Source: a virus. Taken from it: a DNA stretch of 64,000 nt. The first letter of the stretch is position 1; the number at the start of each line of letters is the position of its first letter. Positions 38,088 through 45,008 of the stretch are shown one piece after another. The translations under genes were made by a program, and so were the position numbers. The DNA lies in IMG/VR virus record IMGVR_UViG_3300025407_001359; one strand, written 5' to 3'. The notes beneath the pieces are model-generated. The model was not told the DNA's origin and did not search any database. It saw only the letters and a program-made list of their open reading frames with translations.

Positions 38088-38350
38088 ACGAACATACTAT
38101 TACTGTTGACATTTATGCAGATTCTGGAGAGCCACGATACCGCATATATGTAGACAACAACTTGCTAACTGAACGTGATTTTACGTGGCCAAGTCACGAA
38201 ATTTTTATACGTGAAAATATCATAGTTAATTTGGCCGAAGGCCCGCACCAGCTAAATGTGGAACTAGTTGGCAATCACGGCACAATAAAACCTCGAAATA
38301 TAACAGTTGACGGCAAACCAAGTTTATTCGACTTTACTATAGATGAATAA
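38084..38350 (+). CDS. Hypothetical protein
   Basis: 88 aa, coupled. Confidence 0.6.
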   Translation: MNEHTITVDIYADSGEPRYRIYVDNNLLTERDFTWPSHEIFIRENIIVNLAEGPHQLNVELVGNHGTIKPRNITVDGKPSLFDFTIDE

Positions 38351-38371
38351 ATACATAAACTGGAAACTATT

Positions 38372-38755
38372 ATGAGATCAAAAGAATTCGTTAGAGAAAT
38401 GACAGATGCAGATGTTGCTAAATTACGCAAGGATGCAGAAGCTGGCATTAAATCATCTATAGACAAGCAAAGCGATGCCCGAATTGCAGCACGGCGCAAC
38501 CCTGCCAAAAAGCCATCATTTATGGCTCAAGTGGGCGACAAAATTATTGGTGGTGTCAAAGGTGCTGCCAAAGGATTTATGCACGGTAGCAATGCTATCA
38601 AAGAAGATGCTACCGCAGGTGCTACAGCTAGCCCAACGGTTGCTGTTTCCTTTGCACAACAGGGCAATGTACCAACAGAAATGATCAAGCGTCAAAAGGG
38701 TTATACAAATCAGTTGTCCAAAGGTGGCGCTGTTAATATTAAGAAGAGCAAATAA
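38372..38755 (+). CDS. Putative internal head protein
   Basis: N-terminus MRSKEFVRE resembles the T4 capsid-targeting sequence; late TAAATA upstream. Confidence 0.55.
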   Translation: MRSKEFVREMTDADVAKLRKDAEAGIKSSIDKQSDARIAARRNPAKKPSFMAQVGDKIIGGVKGAAKGFMHGSNAIKEDATAGATASPTVAVSFAQQGNVPTEMIKRQKGYTNQLSKGGAVNIKKSK

Positions 38756-39345
38756 TGGATAACAATTTCAGTAACATTTTAGATATATTCAAGCGTTTGG
38801 ACGAAACAGCAGGCTTTGAATTTGCTGGCGAAAAGCGTGGTCAAAAGCCAGGCGAACAATGGCGCGGAACAGATGCAGGCACACCCGGTACTAAATTAGT
38901 TGGCGCCAGTGAAAGTATTGAAGAGTGCGACACAGAAATGAGTCCCTTAGAAGCCAAACTACGTGCTCGTTGGGAAGCTACCAAAAAAGGACTGGCCGAA
39001 TACGGTATGACCACTGGTGGTACTGCTGCAACAGGTCCAACCGATGATGCCAACGCACAAACACCACAAACTCCAGATCCGGCTGCCGCTCAAAAATTAA
39101 AAGCCGGTGTGCAAAGTTTAAAATCTGCAGGCCTGGACATTGACCCAAACAAATTGGATCAAGCATTGACCAAAGCTGGCTCAGGTGCAGACATCAGCAA
39201 TCAAGATGAAAAAGCATTTGCAGCAATGGCTCCACAAATTGCTGGCATTGCTGGCAATCCACAATTGAATCAACAATTTAAACAGTTGCTGGATAAAAAC
39301 AAACAGCAACAAGCTCAACAACAGAAAGCACAAGGTACGGTATAA
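38755..39345 (+). CDS. Putative internal head protein
   Basis: Low-complexity, E-delimited segments. Confidence 0.5.
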   Translation: MDNNFSNILDIFKRLDETAGFEFAGEKRGQKPGEQWRGTDAGTPGTKLVGASESIEECDTEMSPLEAKLRARWEATKKGLAEYGMTTGGTAATGPTDDANAQTPQTPDPAAAQKLKAGVQSLKSAGLDIDPNKLDQALTKAGSGADISNQDEKAFAAMAPQIAGIAGNPQLNQQFKQLLDKNKQQQAQQQKAQGTV

Positions 39346-41969
39346 TGTTTTTAGATGATATTGTAAATCCACTTAATGAATTAAGCAAGGACCAATTAAA
39401 AAAATATATTAAGGCCAATGCAGCTGATGCTGTCCAACGTACCAGTAGTGACAGTTTTAAATCTGGTGCCGCTGGTGACAAATACAACAAATCAGAATTT
39501 GATACCCCCGTTGACCGCAAACGTGAGCGCGGTATGGATCGTGCATTAAACAAGCTAGCTCGAGAAGACAGCAATGATTTTTCTGCTGTAGATAGTACAA
39601 GTCCTATTCACGGTGGCTTAGAAGAAGATGGTCCAATGGCCGTACCAGCTCTGGGTGCTGTGGGTGCTCGTGCTCAGAAAGATTTATTTGCTACTCCACA
39701 ACAATTTATTGCTCAGCAGACCAATCTCAAAGCCGGCGGCAATGCTCCAGTTCAATGGAAAAAATTAACTCCAACTACTGCACAGGATCTTGGTGTTAGA
39801 GTTGATGCACAATATGTTGCAGCACCCAATGGTGGTATAACTATTAAAGGTCTAGCAACTAGTTATGAAAACAAAACACAATTTCCATTTGCAATGACCA
39901 TTGATGCTGATCATCAAATTCGTTACAAGAACGTTGAAAAATTAAATGATGACGAACTAGATGCGGTATTCCAAAACTTGGCCAGCAACGGATTGTTAGA
40001 TAGACAATACATCAATCCACTAAAGGCACAGTTAGCCGAAGATAAAAAAAGTGAAGTAGAAAAACACGCCAAGGATCAAGAGTATGTACGTAACGATCCT
40101 ATCCTACACTACGGCGGCAACATTGCTGGTGTTAAGAGTGCAGTTCGTCAGGCCAAGAAAAAACATCCTACAGCAAAGAACGACGTAGAAGCTATGTTTG
40201 CACAGATTGGCGACGAAGGCGATATTAATCAAAGCCAAGAACAACTACTACAAAAACACAAACGTGTTATCAATCAATTGACTCAACAAGTAACTCAGCT
40301 GGGTGCAGAAAATCAAGAGCAGACTGATATGATTGCCAAGTTGAGCAATATGTTAAGACAAACTCCTGCGGCGCCAAGTCAGCAGGTAGCACAGAAACAA
40401 CAAGGCCTAGGTGAAGAAAGCAAGCCACGCCTAACACGTATACATTACTTTAATGTTGATCAACCCACGATTGCACAAGAAATTGGCTTGAAACAAGACC
40501 GCGGTGGTAACTGGTGCTTGTATCAATTTGATACTAGCGGTGCCGGATTTGATCGCAAGTTTACACAGGCCTCTCGTGTGTTTGGTCGTCCAACACACAG
40601 TCAAGCGGTAGCCGAAGATGCTTTCCACAGTGATGAAGTAGGCAACAGTTGGAGCGATGGTCAAGGCCAATGGTCCAGCGGCAACAATCAAATCAGCAGT
40701 GGTAACAATCCACAAGGTTTTAGCGAAGGCTTCCAGGACTTCAACAAGGTAGAGCCATATGCTGTTTGTCTAGCAGGCAAACCTGTTAAAACATTTGACT
40801 ACTATGAGGATGCTCGACGCTTCCACGACAACTGGAAAAAGAAGTTATACAATCAAGGTGACAAGGTTAAAGCAGACAAGATTACATTGATGCCTGTAAC
40901 AGATGAGGCCGCAAATCCAGCGCAGCAGGCCGCTATTGCTATTGCTATGAAGAAGGCACATAAAAAACCCAAACAGGTTGATGAACTTGATGTTAACACC
41001 TTAAAGAGCTATGCCGACAAGCGTGGCGCACAAGTGGCCGCAATGAAAGCAGACAATCCTAATCCAGTAGCTGGCAGTCCAGAATGGGTTCAACAAGCTG
41101 TTCCAGCACAACAAGTTAATCTTGCTAAACGTAAAATTGCTCGCAAAGAACGTCAACCGATTGTGGCGGAAGACGCTGATCAAGTTAAAAAAGTATTCAA
41201 AGATAAATCTGGTAAGCCTGTTGGTGAAATTGGTATCGACCCAGAATCAAGCCCGGGTAATGGCGAGTGGTATGTCCATCACTATGCTACGGGTTATAGT
41301 GTAGTTGGTTTCGATTCAGCGGCCGAAGCCAAACGCGAACTAATGTATGTCCATAAGCATCCGGACGCAGTCGAAGGACACCCATCAACAAAAGAGCAAG
41401 GTGTGGCGGAAGGCGAAGGCGTTGTTGATCCTAAAATCCAGTTCTTACAGCCAACGATACAGTTTGCTGAAAAACACGGATATAAAGTAACAATTAATCC
41501 AAATCCCAATGGCAAACTATTTGCAAAGTTGGTTAATAAACAAATTGAACATACTGTTCGTATAGGGTTTAGTCGTGGTCGAGACCCGGGTACTAAACTT
41601 GAAGCTGAGATGACAGACGATTGGGACAGTCAAACTTGGGCGTGGTCAGCAAGAGAATTGGCACAAGATTTCAAAGAGTTTTATCGAGATGCACTTAGAG
41701 ACAGCCCTGTCCAAGGACAGCAAGGTGTGGCGGAGGGCGGAATGAAGGATGTGTACACAGACAATCAGGATGCTGTGTATTCGGCACTGACACGTCGTGT
41801 GATTGGCACTGAAGCCGGACATTTTTTAATCAGGACTTATGGTCTAGACCAAGTTATGGATGCAATGCGAGAAGTGGCTGATTTTCACGGTGACGTGGAA
41901 GAAATTGGATCGAGCGATGTCAGCGCATATATGCGTCAACTGCAACGTACATTAGAGAGTAACAGATAA
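39345..41969 (+). CDS. Modular polyvalent protein, putative processed head cargo
   Basis: 874 aa of unrelated modules separated by GLEE/LAE/GLGEE/AVAE/GFSE/IVAE/QGVAEG linkers. Confidence 0.65.
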   Translation: MFLDDIVNPLNELSKDQLKKYIKANAADAVQRTSSDSFKSGAAGDKYNKSEFDTPVDRKRERGMDRALNKLAREDSNDFSAVDSTSPIHGGLEEDGPMAVPALGAVGARAQKDLFATPQQFIAQQTNLKAGGNAPVQWKKLTPTTAQDLGVRVDAQYVAAPNGGITIKGLATSYENKTQFPFAMTIDADHQIRYKNVEKLNDDELDAVFQNLASNGLLDRQYINPLKAQLAEDKKSEVEKHAKDQEYVRNDPILHYGGNIAGVKSAVRQAKKKHPTAKNDVEAMFAQIGDEGDINQSQEQLLQKHKRVINQLTQQVTQLGAENQEQTDMIAKLSNMLRQTPAAPSQQVAQKQQGLGEESKPRLTRIHYFNVDQPTIAQEIGLKQDRGGNWCLYQFDTSGAGFDRKFTQASRVFGRPTHSQAVAEDAFHSDEVGNSWSDGQGQWSSGNNQISSGNNPQGFSEGFQDFNKVEPYAVCLAGKPVKTFDYYEDARRFHDNWKKKLYNQGDKVKADKITLMPVTDEAANPAQQAAIAIAMKKAHKKPKQVDELDVNTLKSYADKRGAQVAAMKADNPNPVAGSPEWVQQAVPAQQVNLAKRKIARKERQPIVAEDADQVKKVFKDKSGKPVGEIGIDPESSPGNGEWYVHHYATGYSVVGFDSAAEAKRELMYVHKHPDAVEGHPSTKEQGVAEGEGVVDPKIQFLQPTIQFAEKHGYKVTINPNPNGKLFAKLVNKQIEHTVRIGFSRGRDPGTKLEAEMTDDWDSQTWAWSARELAQDFKEFYRDALRDSPVQGQQGVAEGGMKDVYTDNQDAVYSALTRRVIGTEAGHFLIRTYGLDQVMDAMREVADFHGDVEEIGSSDVSAYMRQLQRTLESNR

Positions 41970-42403
41970 TGGAACATTTACAACGAGCCGCTAAGATTGC
42001 ATTTGCTAGCCAATTTAATTTTTATTTAAAGGCTGCGTTCTTTCATTGGAACGTGGAAGGGATTCACTTTCAAGAACTACACGCATTGTTTGAGCGTATC
42101 TATGTAGAAGTATACGAAACTGTAGACGAGTTTGCAGAAAAGATTCGCACCCTGGGTGCTTATGCTCCTGCATCAAACAGTCGTTTCAGTGTGTTGAGTC
42201 AGATACCTGAAGAAACAGAAGTATTGCCAGCCGAACAAATGGTTACTGAACTGTTGCAAGACGCTGACAATATGGTATTGATTCTAAAACGAGTATATGA
42301 TATTGCAGAAGCGGAGGGCGAGCACGGTTTCTCAAACTTCCTGGCAGAACGTATGGATGCTTTCCGTAAACACGCCTGGATGTTACGTGCCACATCAAAA
42401 TGA
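41969..42403 (+). CDS. dps: Dps/ferritin-like protein
   Basis: HWNVEG..F.ELH.LFE.IY...DEFAEKIRTLG; KHAWML. Confidence 0.9.
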   Translation: MEHLQRAAKIAFASQFNFYLKAAFFHWNVEGIHFQELHALFERIYVEVYETVDEFAEKIRTLGAYAPASNSRFSVLSQIPEETEVLPAEQMVTELLQDADNMVLILKRVYDIAEAEGEHGFSNFLAERMDAFRKHAWMLRATSK

Positions 42404-43371
42404 AAATTGTAGAAATTGTAACTGAAACGGCAGCCTGGCAGAAAAAGTCTGGTAAAAACAAAAACGGCGGCTTGAATCGCAAAGGCGTCAAAAGCTATCG
42501 TAGACAACATCCTGGTTCAAAACTGCAGACAGCAGTGACAACAAAACCTAGCAAGTTAAAGAAAGGCTCCAAGGCAGCCAAACGTCGCAAGAGTTTCTGT
42601 GCCCGTATGAAGGGTATGAAAAAATCTCGCACAGGAGCCAAGACCAAACGCGATCCAAATAGCCGTATCAACAAAGCCTTACGCAAATGGCATTGCGAAA
42701 GTGTAGAACAATTACAACAAATGTTGATGATTGCCGAGTCTACATTGAATCCCATTGATCCCACCAGTCCAGGTGCAGGTACTCGACTCAAACAAGAGTT
42801 GTCCAAGGAACTACACAGAGAACGTCAAGCACGTGCTTACAGAGATCAACAGATGAAACGTGCAATGGCACGTCACCACGAGGACGATGGCGAGCAAGAC
42901 TACGAAACCCTAGATGAGATCAAACAACGCTTGGATGCCAAGTGCTGGAAGGGCAAGCACAAAGAAGGTACCAAGATCAAAGGCGGCATTAGAGTCAACA
43001 ACTGTGTGGCCAATGAAGGTGTTGAACCCAAACTAAATGAGTTTGTTAACGAATATGCGCCTTGGGTAGCCGAACAACTAGGCATTGAATTACCTACTAT
43101 TGAACTGTTGAATGAACCCATTGACACCACTTTTGGTATGTATGATCCAGAATCCAAATCAATCAAATTGGTTGTAGGCGGACGTCATCCAGTTGATATT
43201 TTGCGTACACTGGCACACGAGCTAACACATCACAAACAAGACCTAGAAGACAATTTGCCCCCGGGCGCTGGTGAAACAGGCACTGATCAAGAAAATGAAG
43301 CCAATGCCAATGCTGGCATTGCTATGCGTGACTTTGCTGAACACAATCCTGAATACTTTGGTGTAAAATGA
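42400..43371 (+). CDS. Modular protein: basic domain, CW..G..VNNC module and C-terminal zincin metallopeptidase
   Basis: GGLN.KG..SYRR...RRKSFCARM; RTLAHELTHHKQ (HExxH)...ENEANA. Confidence 0.75.
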   Translation: MKIVEIVTETAAWQKKSGKNKNGGLNRKGVKSYRRQHPGSKLQTAVTTKPSKLKKGSKAAKRRKSFCARMKGMKKSRTGAKTKRDPNSRINKALRKWHCESVEQLQQMLMIAESTLNPIDPTSPGAGTRLKQELSKELHRERQARAYRDQQMKRAMARHHEDDGEQDYETLDEIKQRLDAKCWKGKHKEGTKIKGGIRVNNCVANEGVEPKLNEFVNEYAPWVAEQLGIELPTIELLNEPIDTTFGMYDPESKSIKLVVGGRHPVDILRTLAHELTHHKQDLEDNLPPGAGETGTDQENEANANAGIAMRDFAEHNPEYFGVK

Positions 43372-43454
43372 ACCCAAACGATTACCCAGTGTATCCAGAA
43401 CAACAAGAGGGCGACGACAGTGATTATAAACGAAATCCTTACAGCCCCGTCTAA
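43368..43454 (+). CDS. 28-aa micro-ORF MNPNDYPVYPEQQEGDDSDYKRNPYSPV
   Basis: ATGA overlap with the upstream stop; overlaps the next gene in another frame. Confidence 0.5.
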   Translation: MNPNDYPVYPEQQEGDDSDYKRNPYSPV

Positions 43455-44217
43455 TAACCCCCAAGAAGAACTGGATGAGATACTTGCCAAATGTTGCGAG
43501 TTGGTTCTTGATGGCCAAGAGAGTGATGCAGATTTTTATGGTATGGTGGGTGCTTGTGTGGTATTTCCCGATGGTCAATGTATATACGGTGTCAACTACG
43601 AAGCTGAAGATGGCACTAGAGTACATGCTGAACGTGCTGCCTTAGAACGCTGTGCTGATGTCTCGCCAGAATGTATCGTAGTAACTACCCTGAGTCCTTG
43701 TAATCGACCAATGGACGAACGTTCAGGTGAAAGTTGTGAGGACCTGATTGCTGAATACGGTATTGAACACGTATATTGCGGATACAAAGACCCTACACAG
43801 GATCAAGACGCAAGTATAGAGACTGAAAATCCAAAATTACGAGAATTGTGCAAACAGTTGGCCGACACTTTTTTATCAGAAACAATTGACCCGGTGTCTG
43901 GTCGCGGTGCTGTTCCTCCAGCTAACACAATCAAACCAGAAAAACAAATACCAGCAAAACCAATTGAGCCGGCTGTGCGTGTTGATATCAACGGACATAG
44001 GCCAGATCCCAATGCCACTACTTACAAAAAATCTGTAAAAGAAAACTTTGCTGATGGCCGAGTCAAAGGCAAAAGTCGTCCAGGTCGTGTCAAACGTGCT
44101 GGTGCCAGTTGTAAAGGAAGTGTAACTGATCTACGTCGCAAAGCCAAAAATGCATCAGGCGAACGTGCCCGAATGTATCACTGGTGTGCCAATATGAAGG
44201 GCGGCAAAAAGAAATAA
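43420..44217 (+). CDS. Zn-dependent cytidine/dCMP-deaminase-fold protein with a basic C-terminal module
   Basis: VHAERAA (HAE), TLSPC...C, VYCGY.DP. Confidence 0.78.
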   Translation: MIINEILTAPSNNPQEELDEILAKCCELVLDGQESDADFYGMVGACVVFPDGQCIYGVNYEAEDGTRVHAERAALERCADVSPECIVVTTLSPCNRPMDERSGESCEDLIAEYGIEHVYCGYKDPTQDQDASIETENPKLRELCKQLADTFLSETIDPVSGRGAVPPANTIKPEKQIPAKPIEPAVRVDINGHRPDPNATTYKKSVKENFADGRVKGKSRPGRVKRAGASCKGSVTDLRRKAKNASGERARMYHWCANMKGGKKK

Positions 44218-44221
44218 CCAA

Positions 44222-44318
44222 ACACCTACCTTAGGACGTTATCGTTACTATAGGTGTCGCCGGCTGCTGGCGAGAATATTATGGGAGTCGTGCCCCGGAA
44301 TGGTATTCTAAAGTGAGC
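44222..44318 (+). ncRNA. Candidate structured RNA: three helices plus a pseudoknot, laid out like preQ1-II/III
   Basis: ACACCTA/TAGGTGT, CGCCGG/CTGGCG and AGAATATTAT/ATGGTATTCT stems; loop TTACT can pair with 3' AGTGA. Confidence 0.55.
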
Positions 44319-44336
44319 ACAAATTCTAAACTGCTC

Positions 44337-44365
44337 TTGCGTTCTGCAAGTAAATACTGTATAAT
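44337..44365 (+). promoter_or_regulatory. Sigma70 promoter with an embedded late TAAATA
   Basis: TTGCGT-17 nt-TATAAT; GTAAATA at 44350-44356. Confidence 0.7.
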
Positions 44366-44389
44366 TGTTCAATTACCAAGGAGATTCAA

Positions 44390-44650
44390 ATGTCATCACG
44401 TATGTTTAGCGCCGAGCAAAAAGCCAAATTGACCCAAATCATCAACGAAGGTATGGCAGTACTGCAAGAAATCGAAGACCTTAATGCAGGTTTAAGCGAT
44501 ACTGTCAAAGCCATTGCTGAAGAAATGGAAATTAAACCAGCTATCTTGAAAAAGGCTATCAAGATTGCACAAAAAAGCAAGCTAGGCGAAACCAATCAAG
44601 ATCACGAAGATCTAAATACTATTTTAGAAACAGTAGGTAAAACCCTTTGA
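44390..44650 (+). CDS. Small helical protein, possibly T4 DsbA-like dsDNA-binding
   Basis: L.DTVKAIAEEMEIKP.IL.KAIKIA; AAGGAG SD. Confidence 0.55.
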   Translation: MSSRMFSAEQKAKLTQIINEGMAVLQEIEDLNAGLSDTVKAIAEEMEIKPAILKKAIKIAQKSKLGETNQDHEDLNTILETVGKTL

Positions 44651-44937
44651 TTGAATTGTTTCAAGGCACATTGGAATATATCCGTCGCGACTTCCGGGAA
44701 TATCCTTTACGTTTTTGTGCAGAAGTCTTTAGTTGGGCCTGTAGTGTTGTCAGTGCTGTGATATTTGCGGCCACTGTGCCTACTGTTCCTGTAGTTCCGC
44801 TGTATACAATTTTTATCAGTGGATGCTGTGCTGCTGCTTGGACCTGTTGGACTCGCGGCAGTTTTGGTTTACTTGCTAACTATGTTTTTTTGATCACCAT
44901 CGACAGCATAGGTCTTGCAAGAATGTTGTTTCAGTAG
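44647..44937 (+). CDS. Small membrane protein
   Basis: Three hydrophobic segments. Confidence 0.65.
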   Translation: MIELFQGTLEYIRRDFREYPLRFCAEVFSWACSVVSAVIFAATVPTVPVVPLYTIFISGCCAAAWTCWTRGSFGLLANYVFLITIDSIGLARMLFQ

Positions 44938-44943
44938 TATAAT
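44915..44943 (+). promoter_or_regulatory. Sigma70 promoter for the DNA polymerase
   Basis: TTGCAA-17 nt-TATAAT. Confidence 0.75.
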
Positions 44944-44950
44944 AAGATTC

Positions 44951-44996
44951 GCCCACTTGACGGGCATGAAGAGCGAGTGTAAGCTCAAAGTTACAC
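44951..44996 (+). promoter_or_regulatory. Structured polymerase leader (hairpin plus H-type pseudoknot)
   Basis: GCCC/GGGC; GAGC/GCTC with loop GTGTAA complementary to TTACAC just before the GGAG SD. Confidence 0.5.
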
Positions 44997-45008
44997 ACTG
45001 GAGAGTAA

